Shown here: positions 20,297 to 30,811 of the stretch, piece after piece
How positions within the stretch are numbered: position 1 is the stretch's first letter
Layout: the number at the start of each line of letters is the position of its first letter
IMG/VR virus record: IMGVR_UViG_3300023174_000067
Location: 1-64,000 of that record
DNA from: a virus
Length of the DNA stretch: 64,000 bases
Reading direction: 5' to 3' (one strand)
Notes under the pieces: model-generated
Told to the model about the DNA's origin: nothing
Seen by the model: only the letters and a program-made list of their open reading frames with translations
Databases searched by the model: none
Position numbers and translations under genes: made by a program

Positions 20297-21544
20297 TTAA
20301 CTTTTAGTTTGACCTTTAAAATAAAAACTATTTGTGGCTGGTGTTCCTGGCGGTAATAACGATGTTGATGAGAAATATAAAACCCTATACGTTCCCACAG
20401 GTATCGCACCTCCTGAAGTTACTGTAACATTAGATGAACATATATTTGAATCAGGTGTTGCTAAAACATTAAATGTACATGGCGGTGACGAATAACCTAT
20501 CTGAACTGTCATACTATTTAAAACTCCTCCAACACCACTAATTGGTATCCAAACAGAATAAAAATAATATTCATTTGGGTTTATATTTGAGGTTGTTACC
20601 GTTATTGTATTAAAAGTATATTGATTGATTGAGCACCCATAAGAATCTGTACCAGAACCTGGTAATTGTCTAATGCTACCATTAAAATTAGATACGGGCG
20701 TTATAAAATTACCATCACTACCTAACGTAAATCCTGAATAAGAAATATACTTATTCATCATATAACTATAATTCGGGTCCGAATAATTTGCCCATCCTCC
20801 ACTATTATAACCATACCAATTTACATTAGTATCTACAGTAACACCATCCGATAAATAATACATATAAGACCCTAACTTATAAGCAGAACTTGTTGGTCCA
20901 GAACTATCTTGCGGTTCAGGAACTACATAAGCATAAAAAGTTCCAACGGGAGTATTTGTTAATGTTGGTGTATTAGTTGGAGTACGAGTTGGAGTACGAG
21001 TTGGAGTATTCGATGGTGTATTAGTTTGCGTTAAAGTATTTGTCGGAGTATTTGTCGGAGTGTTAGTTGGAGTATTTGTCTGACTTAATGTTGGAGTTTG
21101 GGTTAAAGTAGGTGTTTGAGTCTGAGTCAGTCCTGGTGTTTGAGTTAATGTCGGAGTTTGTGTTAATGTAGGTGTATGTGTTGGAGTTTTGGTTAATGTT
21201 GGAGTTTGAGTTTGAGTAGGTGTTAGAGTAGGTGTTTGAGTTAATGTCGGAGTTAATGTTGGTGTTTGAGTTAATGTCGGAGTTTGTGTTAATGTAGGTG
21301 TAGTTGTTGGTGTTGTCTCAACACAATTATAAACATTTTTTATTTCACAATTATCGGCATCAATTATTTTTATTAAAATTGCAGGAGCATTTGTGAATCC
21401 GCTAGGTATTGGTAATACGATTGCAGGTGGTACCGATGTTGTGATTCCTGACATGAATACACAATTACTTTCAAAAACATCACAAGCATATATTTGATAT
21501 GGTGGTGTTCCTGATATGGTTGATATTTGTAATGATTTTGCGAT
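20297..21544 (-). CDS. Fibre subunit: shared N-terminal module, long Thr/Pro linker, C-terminal beta domain
   Basis: The track starts at 21454, but the frame extends 30 codons upstream ([30 protein letters not shown]) with homology to the 14629 N-terminus; it begins at ATC after an in-frame TAA AAA. Confidence 0.75.
   Translation of the reverse strand: MAKSLQISTISGTPPYQIYACDVFESNCVFMSGITTSVPPAIVLPIPSGFTNAPAILIKIIDADNCEIKNVYNCVETTPTTTPTLTQTPTLTQTPTLTPTLTQTPTLTPTQTQTPTLTKTPTHTPTLTQTPTLTQTPGLTQTQTPTLTQTPTLSQTNTPTNTPTNTPTNTLTQTNTPSNTPTRTPTRTPTNTPTLTNTPVGTFYAYVVPEPQDSSGPTSSAYKLGSYMYYLSDGVTVDTNVNWYGYNSGGWANYSDPNYSYMMNKYISYSGFTLGSDGNFITPVSNFNGSIRQLPGSGTDSYGCSINQYTFNTITVTTSNINPNEYYFYSVWIPISGVGGVLNSMTVQIGYSSPPCTFNVLATPDSNICSSNVTVTSGGAIPVGTYRVLYFSSTSLLPPGTPATNSFYFKGQTKS
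20945..21318 (-). repeat. Thr/Pro-rich coding repeat (TPTLTQ)n
   Basis: About 120 aa with Thr at nearly every second residue. Confidence 0.9.
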
Positions 21545-21556
21545 TTTTTAAAAATA

Positions 21557-24500
21557 TTAATATAGTGTTAATGATACTCCGTATCCTCCAGGTGTCGCTC
21601 CTGATAATTTAGTTCTTGCCAATTGTGATGCGGTTGATGCGGTACCCACTAGTATTATTTTAGAACTTCCAAATCTTGTACTATACGACCAAGTAGTTCC
21701 TGTTAAATCATTCATTAAATTATCAATTTCAGTAGTTGTAAAGTAATTAGTCGCCGATAATGAAGGAACAATATTTAGATAGTTCATATTTGGAGCCCAA
21801 ATTCTTCCCGCAGTATAATCTTTTATTGTGTGCGTACCTGTTAAACTTATATACCAAGCATTAGGTGGTAGATTAGAAATATCACCAGTTAGACTATTTA
21901 AACCACCAACAACAAGTACCTTAATATTACTTGGGAAAGTACTTGTATTTCCTGATAATTTATTATATCCACCTAAGAAAAAGTCCGAAACATTTACACA
22001 AATATCAGATGATTGACCTGAAACAGTATTTAAACCTGTTAAATTAAAATATTGGGTCGTACCACCAATTGTTGAACCTGTTGGCATATTAACAATATTA
22101 CCATAAATTGAATTACTACCTCTAAGTTCTAAAGTATTTAATTTTTTTGGTAAGTTATTTATGTCGCCTGTAATTGTATTAGTAGTTGGTGAAGAGTCTA
22201 TATTAGCGACAACCAATGTTCGTAATAAAGTATGTGCTGATAATGATAAAACATTACCACTTAAATAATTATACCCATAGGCAACAAATGAACTTCCACT
22301 AATAGGTATATTTGATATATTACCATTTAAACTATTATACCCATATATATAAAAATTAGTAATTCCTGAAGGAATATTTACTGTATCACCCGATATAGTA
22401 TTGTTACCCCATATACCAAAGAATGTTAATCCAGATGGTATATCTTTAATATCACCTTTAATCGTGTTTGTTCCACCATTAATATAAATTGATGTCATTC
22501 CTGATGGGAAATTTATAGTATTACCACTTAAATCATTTGTCTCACCTCCTCCTAACGTTATTGATGTTAATGTGTTTGGTAAGTTGTCAATATCTCCTCT
22601 TAATTTACCTTTTAAACTATAAAAAGTTTGCATTGTTCTTGGGATTTCAGATGTATATCCTGTAAATATTGAATTAACATTTGACAATAATGTCATCCCT
22701 GTTAGTTTAGATAATTCCGAACCTGTAATTAACATAGATGCATTTGTACCTCCTGTTCCTATTCCTGAATCAGTGTACAATCTTCTTACTGACCCTAAAT
22801 TATAAGATAAAAGTTTAACATCTCCACTGAAAGCACTGCCTGTATATGTATGAATTAATGAAGTACTAAGACCTGAAGGATAATTTGTTGACGTACCGTC
22901 TCCCCAAGACATGGTATAGGCCGAGATAGTGTCAACAATATGTAATCTAACCGAATTTAAATCATTAACTTTTAATGTGAAACTTTCATACAAAGAATAA
23001 GATGTTGATGCCGTACAATTAGGTAATGACGTATCAGTAACTGTTACAGTATAAAGTCCAGGATTTAATCCACCAATAACTCTTGTTGTTTGCCCACCTG
23101 GTGACCACAAATATGTCACAGCGCCATAATTACCTGTTGTTGTTGCGGTTATACTACCATCACTAACCCCGTAAGTCGGATTCGTACCACTTAAAGATAC
23201 TTGTACTAAACAAGGTGGTCGTGTTCTTGTAGGAGTTGGGGTTGGGGTTTTTGTAGGAGTTGGGGTTGGGGTTTTTGTAGGAGTTATCGATGGTGTTGGA
23301 GTTGGGGTTAGTAACACACAATTACCCGAATTTTCAGGAATTGTATTAAAAACTAAATATCCACTGTTATCCACCCATGACCCAATTGGATTTCCATATC
23401 TAAAAATATTTCCTTTTGCACAAGGTGGTGTTAAACCAGATGTTTCCCATCTATTAGTAACATCATTAAAAAATATTGTTATTGTACAACCTAATGTGTA
23501 TATCGTTCCTTGCCATGCAGGATAACCATTTATTACCGCATATGTTGTAAAAAGTATTTGTGTTGGAGTAATTGCTTCAATTACAAATGACGCCAATAGA
23601 CAATCAGGAAAATTCTCACAACATATGTCATAATCAACTTCAACTTTAATTGTAACTTCCTTATCACCTAAAACAAAAGTACAATCAGTATTTAAATTTA
23701 ATAAATTAGAATTTAGATTAGCAATTATTGAACCCATATTTGGTACGGTATCCAATAAAGCAGTTAATGCATCAACATATTCTTGGTCTGTCGGATAATT
23801 TAATAATGATGTTGTTGTATAAAAATTACTAGTATACGCCGTTCCTCCAACATTTAATAAAATTATAAAGTCAGCACTATTTAAAACACAATTAATATTT
23901 CCTTTAGTTAACTCATAATAACCTTGATTTAACATTTGAGAAAATCCTAATTTACTTGATGGTGTATCTGTAAAAACATTTTTACAAACATTAAATAACT
24001 CATATGACGTGTTTCTACTACTACAACTTATAATTGTTTGTGTTTTCGCAGAACATCCTAAAGCATCAGTAACACTTAAACTATAGGTTCCTCCAGTTAA
24101 ACCATAAACATAAACTCCTGTTTGACCATTAACATTTGGAGACCAATTTAAAGTTAAAGGTGAAACTCCTCCTGTTATCAACGCATTTATTGTCCCATCA
24201 CTACCATTACCACATCCTGTATTTGTTAAAATAACATTAAGATTAGTACTTGAACCAACTGATAATTGAGTTGTTTGTACACAACCATTTTGATTTCTAA
24301 TAGTCGCAGTATATAAACCCGCATTTAATCCACTGAAAGTGACCGAAGTATTTGTTGTATTTAATTGTTGTCCATTTATTTGATAAGAATACGAACCTGG
24401 AGTATCAACGGTTAAAGTAATCTTTCCATTAGGTAGTCCACAAGTTGTATTAACTGATGTCGCAGTAAAATCATACTGACTATTATTTAAAAGTGTTGCG

Positions 24501-25726
24501 TTTGTTTGATATTGACAACCACTAGGATTTGTAACACTAACCTGATAAGTTCCTGGAGATAAACCAATAAATGTTAAATTTGGTGATGGAGTTCCACTTG
24601 TTCTTATATTACCCAAACTATCAGTTAGTGTGTAAGTATAAGGTGTTGCACCACCAATAACACTAACAGTAATACTACCATCATTAGCCCCACATGTGGT
24701 TGAATTAGTTGTCACACCTATAACTGAAAATGTATTTGGAGTGGATAACGTTGTTGTTCCACTAGTTGTACATAACCCAGCATCAGTAATATTTAAAATA
24801 TAAGAACCAGCACTTAATCCAGTGAATGTAGGATTAGTTGAATACGTAACTTGACTATCTCCATTAGATAAAGCACAGTAATATGGTCCACTACCTCCGC
24901 TTAAAACCGCCGTTATTTGACCATTTGATTGAAAGCATCCAGGTTGACCTAAAACAAACGAAACAATACCTACAGGCAGTACATTATTTATTGTTGCATT
25001 TTTTGATTTTACACAACCACTACTATCTGTAACAGTAACTGAATATGTTCCCGCCGTTAAACCACTAATTGATGATGTGGTTTCTCCATTATTTGCCCAC
25101 AAATAAGTATAGGGTGGAGTACCTGTTTGTCCTGTAATATATAATTTTCCCGTATGTCCTAAACAATTCGAATCTTCAATAACAAAGAACCCATAATCAA
25201 AAGTATCTGATGACTTTATTATACAAGTAGCCGTACTACCTGAACAACCTCCGTTATCAAAACACTCAACATAGTAAGTATCCGCACTTAAATTATTAAA
25301 GATTTGAGACCCATTTCCTGTACTAGCGGAAGTTACAAATCCATTTGTTAAACTATATAAATTATAACTAACGGGACTATTTAATGTTGTTGCAGTAACA
25401 ATCAAAATACCATTAGAGTCATTACATGTAGTATTAATCGAAGATGTCGTTAAACATATACCTGAAGATATAAATAAGTTTACATATAATTGTTGATTTG
25501 GAAACGTTGTTGAGTCAGTAATTAAAATTTGATATGTTCCCGCAGATAATCCTGTCCTAATTGAACTATCCCCATAAGGAACAGTTGTGTCTACCCCTAA
25601 ATTTGGACTATACCATTCTACCGTATATATTGAATTTGAACCTCCATTAGGATATAAATCCAAAACACCAGATGAACTATTTTGACAGTCACCTGTTATT
25701 AATAAATTATAATTTAGTAATGCCAT
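21557..25726 (-). CDS. SprB-repeat fibre shaft with C-terminal LRR-like solenoid
   Basis: 1389 aa; about 8 SprB-type repeats (C...G.I.V...GGxxPY...GLxAGxYxVxVTDxxGC); WGDG...HTY cap; ~22-aa LxGDIxNLPxxLxxLxL repeats. Confidence 0.85.
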   Translation of the reverse strand: MALLNYNLLITGDCQNSSSGVLDLYPNGGSNSIYTVEWYSPNLGVDTTVPYGDSSIRTGLSAGTYQILITDSTTFPNQQLYVNLFISSGICLTTSSINTTCNDSNGILIVTATTLNSPVSYNLYSLTNGFVTSASTGNGSQIFNNLSADTYYVECFDNGGCSGSTATCIIKSSDTFDYGFFVIEDSNCLGHTGKLYITGQTGTPPYTYLWANNGETTSSISGLTAGTYSVTVTDSSGCVKSKNATINNVLPVGIVSFVLGQPGCFQSNGQITAVLSGGSGPYYCALSNGDSQVTYSTNPTFTGLSAGSYILNITDAGLCTTSGTTTLSTPNTFSVIGVTTNSTTCGANDGSITVSVIGGATPYTYTLTDSLGNIRTSGTPSPNLTFIGLSPGTYQVSVTNPSGCQYQTNATLLNNSQYDFTATSVNTTCGLPNGKITLTVDTPGSYSYQINGQQLNTTNTSVTFSGLNAGLYTATIRNQNGCVQTTQLSVGSSTNLNVILTNTGCGNGSDGTINALITGGVSPLTLNWSPNVNGQTGVYVYGLTGGTYSLSVTDALGCSAKTQTIISCSSRNTSYELFNVCKNVFTDTPSSKLGFSQMLNQGYYELTKGNINCVLNSADFIILLNVGGTAYTSNFYTTTSLLNYPTDQEYVDALTALLDTVPNMGSIIANLNSNLLNLNTDCTFVLGDKEVTIKVEVDYDICCENFPDCLLASFVIEAITPTQILFTTYAVINGYPAWQGTIYTLGCTITIFFNDVTNRWETSGLTPPCAKGNIFRYGNPIGSWVDNSGYLVFNTIPENSGNCVLLTPTPTPSITPTKTPTPTPTKTPTPTPTRTRPPCLVQVSLSGTNPTYGVSDGSITATTTGNYGAVTYLWSPGGQTTRVIGGLNPGLYTVTVTDTSLPNCTASTSYSLYESFTLKVNDLNSVRLHIVDTISAYTMSWGDGTSTNYPSGLSTSLIHTYTGSAFSGDVKLLSYNLGSVRRLYTDSGIGTGGTNASMLITGSELSKLTGMTLLSNVNSIFTGYTSEIPRTMQTFYSLKGKLRGDIDNLPNTLTSITLGGGETNDLSGNTINFPSGMTSIYINGGTNTIKGDIKDIPSGLTFFGIWGNNTISGDTVNIPSGITNFYIYGYNSLNGNISNIPISGSSFVAYGYNYLSGNVLSLSAHTLLRTLVVANIDSSPTTNTITGDINNLPKKLNTLELRGSNSIYGNIVNMPTGSTIGGTTQYFNLTGLNTVSGQSSDICVNVSDFFLGGYNKLSGNTSTFPSNIKVLVVGGLNSLTGDISNLPPNAWYISLTGTHTIKDYTAGRIWAPNMNYLNIVPSLSATNYFTTTEIDNLMNDLTGTTWSYSTRFGSSKIILVGTASTASQLARTKLSGATPGGYGVSLTLY
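23227..23285 (-). repeat. Exact 24-bp tandem repeat (about 2.5 copies) encoding KTPTPTPT
   Basis: ttgtaggagttggggttggggttt twice, followed by ttgtaggagtt. Confidence 0.9.
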
Positions 25727-28692
25727 TAACTACAAGATATTGATAAATTTAACCCAACATTTAGTTGAAGTTGTTTATTTGTAAAATACGGTTCACACCC
25801 CGAATTAGAAACATACAAAGTATTTCCACTAACTAAATAATCTAACCCATAATTTAATAAATTAGGTAAATAGTTGTTAATTGCCGTTACCCAATTAGTA
25901 TCTGTTGGAACATCTAATATTCCCAACCCACTATAAAATTTTTCTTGAATCAACACTTGAGAATCCAATCTTAAATCTAAATACCAATCAGTTGATAATG
26001 TATTGTTGTCACAACCAACTAATGAATTGGTGTTTATATAAGCAGTTAATGTCTGATTAAGTACATCTTTAAAGTTTTGTACATTTATATAATTTGGATT
26101 ATCCCAAGGATATAAATAACACTCTATCGTTTCATCGATACAATTAGTTGGGAATATAGTTCCTCTAATTGAACATGGTATACAAGGTACTGGTACTAAT
26201 TGACATCCTCTTTGAACTCTATAAACAAATTTTTGTCTGTGAAAAATTGAGTTCTCGTACTTTGTTCCCGCTAACCAAATTGTTGTAGCAGGAATCATTT
26301 GTTCAACTAATCTAATCCAATAATCCCCCAAACCATTTACATAATCCATCATGGTTTGGTATGTATAATTATTATTTGGAACATTAATAGCTTGCTGGGA
26401 GTCCAAATATCTCCAATATATTGATTGTAGTGTTGGATATCCACTAGTTTTTCCATCGGAAATTGTCAATCTATTTCTAACATTAATCATGTTTAGATAA
26501 AATGTTTGAGCAAATTCAAAAAACGATTTTTTCTGAGGTTGTGGATTTATAATTGTTCTGTCTATTCCTCCAGGATGTGGATATGGTGTTGTTAATCCCG
26601 TACTCGGTATTGGGTAATCATATTTTCTTGACATATACCAAACATCATACAATAACCCTTGAGCAGGATTTAAAAATAAATCCACGTTTTTAACATTTAA
26701 AGCTAACTTATCATCACCAATGTAGTAATATGCATCATATCCAACCGCACCATTACCTATTCTAAGACCAACATCAGTAACAGGCCAACTTTTTTTATTA
26801 TCTGCAATTTTTCTTAATTTAAAACCTTCTTTCATGTATGGGAAATATCTAAACCTATCAAGATATTTTTGGCCATATGTAAATTGTTCAAATTCAGTTT
26901 GAATACTAAAATTCATCCCTGTAAAAACACTAGACATTTTATTTATTCTTTGCGGGCTTTGATGGTCTCTAACTAATTCAAACCAACCAGCACCTTTTTG
27001 AAAGAAATAATCTTCAGTATCTGGCGGTGACATTGGGAATCCTTTATCATCCACAGGATAATCTGTTTTAGTTACATCTGCATCCCCACTTATTTGTTCT
27101 GTTGTAAAACCACTATATGTTTTACCTTGTATTTTAAAAACAACTTGACTACTATAAACAGGTAATTCTTCAACATAAGTTCCTATCGATATTTGAGCAT
27201 ATCTATTTTCAAAATCACCCATGTTTATTCTTTGTCCTGCAACATATATATGTTCATTAAACTCAACTAATGCCTCAGGAGCTCCAACAAGACGTAACAA
27301 CGCCTCTATTGATTTTCTCGTACCCTTAGATTTAAAAAGATATGCCGAATTTAAAATTAAATTTCGATAAAATTGATAATTTAATTCTGTCGGTGTTTCA
27401 GCTCTAGAGTATCCTGGATATTGTATTTTACTATCATTACCAAAAACAGATTTTAAAAAATCATCTTCTGTTATTGGCGAAATATTTATTTTCCAACCTA
27501 AGGTGGCTGCAAGGTTTTTTAATAATTGTGATGGTATGTCATTTTTAACGGTATAGTTAACAGAATTCATATATGCTAACGCATCAATATATTTTTTAAC
27601 ATCGTCAAAACTTCTACCATATAATGTTAATATTTTTTGAACTCTTTGGTCCTCGGTATCAAATTCTTTAAAAGCATCTGTTGTTAAAAATCTAGTAACT
27701 AAATTAGTTCTAACTGAATCTAATCCTGCCGCAATTTCATTTAAATCACTTAAATAGTTATCAAATGAACCTGTTCTTATATCTAAATTCCAAATACCAT
27801 CTAAAGGCCATGTTATTTTTTGATAATCTACATATGAGGTCCCGTCATCCGTAAGTTTAGGAATTTGGAATGTCGCCGTATATTTTGGAACTATTAATCT
27901 ATTTAATAAAAATTGTTCTACCTCATCAAACGGTTCAATAAAAGATTTATCACTGTAATAACTGTTTGGTCTTATTACTAATGTTTTAGTAGTTTGCGAT
28001 TTATTATCAAATGGATTTCCACTAACCAATATTTGAACCGTTCCCGACATCAAACTATAAGAAGGAGTTAAAAATAAAATAGGATATTCACTATCTTCAA
28101 TAAACAAAGAATATTTTGAATATTCAACCGTTAAATTTCTTAATGGGGATACCTGATTTTCTTTTAGAGATAAGTTTCTTGTTGAGTTTACTGAAAAATC
28201 AATTTCGAAAGGATTTAACATTTTTTGAACATCAACATCAAACTGAGTTGTATGTTCTATATTATCATAAGTACAATTTGTTGCGGTATATCCTGTAGTA
28301 AAATCATATTTTAAAGAATATACTTCAATTGCAGCTGGAAAATAATTTATTATTTTTTCTATTGATGTTGATAATCTTTTTGTTAAAGAACCATATAAAT
28401 TAAATCTTGTTATTTCACTTAAATCAAAATTTGGATATACTCTAAATTCTTTAGATATTATTGTTTTAGACTCTAAAACATTTGAAATATTTAATGTATC
28501 TAAAGATATTGGTTCTGAAAAAGCCCCAATATTAAATTGTCTATTTGATTTCTCAACAGTTGACGTAGTAAATTCAAAATTACCTTGCGTTAGTCCTCCT
28601 CCTTGAGTTAATTGGAATCCAACTAAATCATCAGAAAAAGTTCCAGCACCGCTAGAAGGTCTTGGTGGATATCTATAGAATTTTCTCGCCAT
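25726..28692 (-). CDS. Baseplate wedge-like protein (P2 gpI / T4 gp7-like motif)
   Basis: 988 aa; LLKNLAATLGW...LILNSAYLFKSKGTRKSIEALLRLVG; TAATG coupling at both ends. Confidence 0.65.
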   Translation of the reverse strand: MARKFYRYPPRPSSGAGTFSDDLVGFQLTQGGGLTQGNFEFTTSTVEKSNRQFNIGAFSEPISLDTLNISNVLESKTIISKEFRVYPNFDLSEITRFNLYGSLTKRLSTSIEKIINYFPAAIEVYSLKYDFTTGYTATNCTYDNIEHTTQFDVDVQKMLNPFEIDFSVNSTRNLSLKENQVSPLRNLTVEYSKYSLFIEDSEYPILFLTPSYSLMSGTVQILVSGNPFDNKSQTTKTLVIRPNSYYSDKSFIEPFDEVEQFLLNRLIVPKYTATFQIPKLTDDGTSYVDYQKITWPLDGIWNLDIRTGSFDNYLSDLNEIAAGLDSVRTNLVTRFLTTDAFKEFDTEDQRVQKILTLYGRSFDDVKKYIDALAYMNSVNYTVKNDIPSQLLKNLAATLGWKINISPITEDDFLKSVFGNDSKIQYPGYSRAETPTELNYQFYRNLILNSAYLFKSKGTRKSIEALLRLVGAPEALVEFNEHIYVAGQRINMGDFENRYAQISIGTYVEELPVYSSQVVFKIQGKTYSGFTTEQISGDADVTKTDYPVDDKGFPMSPPDTEDYFFQKGAGWFELVRDHQSPQRINKMSSVFTGMNFSIQTEFEQFTYGQKYLDRFRYFPYMKEGFKLRKIADNKKSWPVTDVGLRIGNGAVGYDAYYYIGDDKLALNVKNVDLFLNPAQGLLYDVWYMSRKYDYPIPSTGLTTPYPHPGGIDRTIINPQPQKKSFFEFAQTFYLNMINVRNRLTISDGKTSGYPTLQSIYWRYLDSQQAINVPNNNYTYQTMMDYVNGLGDYWIRLVEQMIPATTIWLAGTKYENSIFHRQKFVYRVQRGCQLVPVPCIPCSIRGTIFPTNCIDETIECYLYPWDNPNYINVQNFKDVLNQTLTAYINTNSLVGCDNNTLSTDWYLDLRLDSQVLIQEKFYSGLGILDVPTDTNWVTAINNYLPNLLNYGLDYLVSGNTLYVSNSGCEPYFTNKQLQLNVGLNLSISCS

Positions 28693-29600
28693 TATTGTAC
28701 TATATTTGTAAAGTTTTTACTAAAATCAATATTATTTCCTCTATCTTCTCTAACCTCGTATAATAATTTGTTAAAGTCGTCTCTAATCTCAAATAAATTG
28801 TATTGTTTATATATATTATTTGCAGTATCGTAAATAGTGTATATACCATCATCAATTGATTTGGTTTGATTACCATAAAGAGCAATTGCTAATGTGGAAA
28901 TATCATGTTCAACAATCTCAATATCAATTGTTATTGGATTAAAAAATGTATTTGTAATAATAATATTTTGAGCGGGTTGTCCAATAAATGGTGTTGCATT
29001 TGGTTTGTTTGTTGGTGATGAGGATGGCGTTACAGTACAAAACATTAAATTGGAAATACCCTCAACATACCTATATCTAACTGCCTTTTGAGAGGTATTT
29101 GTTAAATTTTGTAAAACAGGTTCACAGAAAAAATTAGACGTAATTACTCTATAAAAATTAGGTATTTTAGTACCGTCATCATTTAAATATTCTACTCTGA
29201 ATCCGACTAATCCTTGAGCGACAAATTTATTTTTATACTCTGTTGGGACATTGTTTAAATCAATTACAATACCTTTAACATTAGGTAAAGCACTTAAAAC
29301 ACCGCAATCAGTTATAGATGTTCTTATTTGTGCAGGTCTAATATATAATGTATAAATCCCTAAATTATTAAATTCATTTGCGGGTAATTTTAAATTATAT
29401 AACCCACCAAGAATTTCAATATTGGCATTTCCTCCTGTACTTGCATTATTAAAATAAGGTCTAAGTATACTAGAAGCATTTAATTTTTTTAGTGTAAAAT
29501 TATCGGTAACATCTCTAGATGCCGTATAATTTAATATTATTTCAACATCTTCTGGTGAAACATCTGAAGGTCGTATTGTTCCGTAAGCTCCTATTGCCAT
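28692..29600 (-). CDS. Hypothetical structural protein in the baseplate cluster
   Basis: 302-aa ORF coupled (TAATG) to the next gene; context only. Confidence 0.6.
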   Translation of the reverse strand: MAIGAYGTIRPSDVSPEDVEIILNYTASRDVTDNFTLKKLNASSILRPYFNNASTGGNANIEILGGLYNLKLPANEFNNLGIYTLYIRPAQIRTSITDCGVLSALPNVKGIVIDLNNVPTEYKNKFVAQGLVGFRVEYLNDDGTKIPNFYRVITSNFFCEPVLQNLTNTSQKAVRYRYVEGISNLMFCTVTPSSSPTNKPNATPFIGQPAQNIIITNTFFNPITIDIEIVEHDISTLAIALYGNQTKSIDDGIYTIYDTANNIYKQYNLFEIRDDFNKLLYEVREDRGNNIDFSKNFTNIVQ

Positions 29601-29616
29601 TTTTATTCTTTATTTA

Positions 29617-29623
29617 ATAAATA
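29617..29623 (-). promoter_or_regulatory. TATTTAT upstream motif
   Basis: ataaata on +, upstream of the ATG at 29600. Confidence 0.5.
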
Positions 29624-29638
29624 GTTTATTAGTCTTTT

Positions 29639-30811
29639 TTAAAAGTTATTTTGATTTATAAATTTAAAAAACTTGTATCCGTATTCTTTTAAGTCTCCAA
29701 CATTGTCAACTTCACCAAGTCTTTCAATTCTTTCTAACGCACTGTTTTTACCCCTTTCAATATAAATGTCAGATTGAACTTCGGGGTCACTAACTATATT
29801 AATCAATGATTCTTGTTTTGTCATTGCCGATTGGACCATCCAATTAGAGGTTAATCCAGAACTGTTGAAGAAATATACCGTCTTACCGTCAGGTAAATCC
29901 AAATATTGAGCGCCTTCAATAGTGTATCCTGTATATGATGGACCAATACTATTTATCTCACCAAATACGACTCCATTGTTTATTATTGGTACATGAATAG
30001 GGTATTTGTTAACCCCATATCTTTCTAATTCACTTAATCTTGAGGTTGTATATCCTGAAACAACAAATGGTACTGAAACATAATTGTTTGAGGTTTGTGC
30101 TGATATTTGATTAATCGCGTCTCCATCAAATATAAAATCATAAGATATTGGTGTTGCCGACCAAGAACCTACATTAGGAGTAAAATATGCGGTTCCTTTA
30201 GGATTTGTTATAGTTGTTGCGGTAAATGGTACCACCACCTTTTTCTTAACCGTATTAACACCCCAAGGTGTTGTCTGAGTTAATGTTATTGTATATTTAC
30301 CACTATTCAAATAATCATGAAAAATAAAATTAGGTGATGTTGTCGTAACTGTTGTTTGTGGTTGACCATCCCCCCAATCAACTTTATATGTTGATAGTTT
30401 TAAAAAATTCTTTAGTTCTTTTTCAGAGGTGTTATAAAAATAATATCTATTTGGTAAAATAGTAGTTGCTGAGAATACAAAATTTTTAACAACATCTGCC
30501 TGTAATATCGCACCATCAAAAACTGAAAAATATCCAATATCAACCGCAGTTTCTCTTAATAATATTGGTATTGTTAAGTCTGTTAATATTGAGTTACCTT
30601 TTGTTCCTCCAGTAACTACTTGAGACATAGACAATAAAACATTTGTATTTCCAGTAACAAAAACTGTACTACTTGATATTGATGATATATAACAACAAGT
30701 ACCTGTAATACCCGTTATTGTATAGGAATACGCAGTATATGGGTGAGATTGTAAATCATTTAAAATATTTTCATTACTTATCTTAATATAATATCTATCT
30801 TCGTTTATCAT
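29639..30811 (-). CDS. Structural protein with PKD-like domain
   Basis: 390 aa; KVDWGDG...HDYLNSGKYTITLT. Confidence 0.65.
   Translation of the reverse strand: MINEDRYYIKISNENILNDLQSHPYTAYSYTITGITGTCCYISSISSSTVFVTGNTNVLLSMSQVVTGGTKGNSILTDLTIPILLRETAVDIGYFSVFDGAILQADVVKNFVFSATTILPNRYYFYNTSEKELKNFLKLSTYKVDWGDGQPQTTVTTTSPNFIFHDYLNSGKYTITLTQTTPWGVNTVKKKVVVPFTATTITNPKGTAYFTPNVGSWSATPISYDFIFDGDAINQISAQTSNNYVSVPFVVSGYTTSRLSELERYGVNKYPIHVPIINNGVVFGEINSIGPSYTGYTIEGAQYLDLPDGKTVYFFNSSGLTSNWMVQSAMTKQESLINIVSDPEVQSDIYIERGKNSALERIERLGEVDNVGDLKEYGYKFFKFINQNNF

Noticed and set aside
4452-21318. gttggt/gttgga repeat tracts as CRISPR arrays or non-coding satellites
   Set aside because: No constant repeat with unique spacers; they are in-frame Thr/Pro codons with variable third positions
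20945-21318. TxT tracts as ice-binding or ice-nucleation repeats
   Set aside because: Frequent Pro is incompatible with the beta-helix of those proteins, and there is no fixed higher-order period
1000-25726. Diversity-generating retroelement acting on the fibres
   Set aside because: No reverse transcriptase in the window, and I saw no template/variable repeat pair differing at adenines; a remote DGR cannot be excluded
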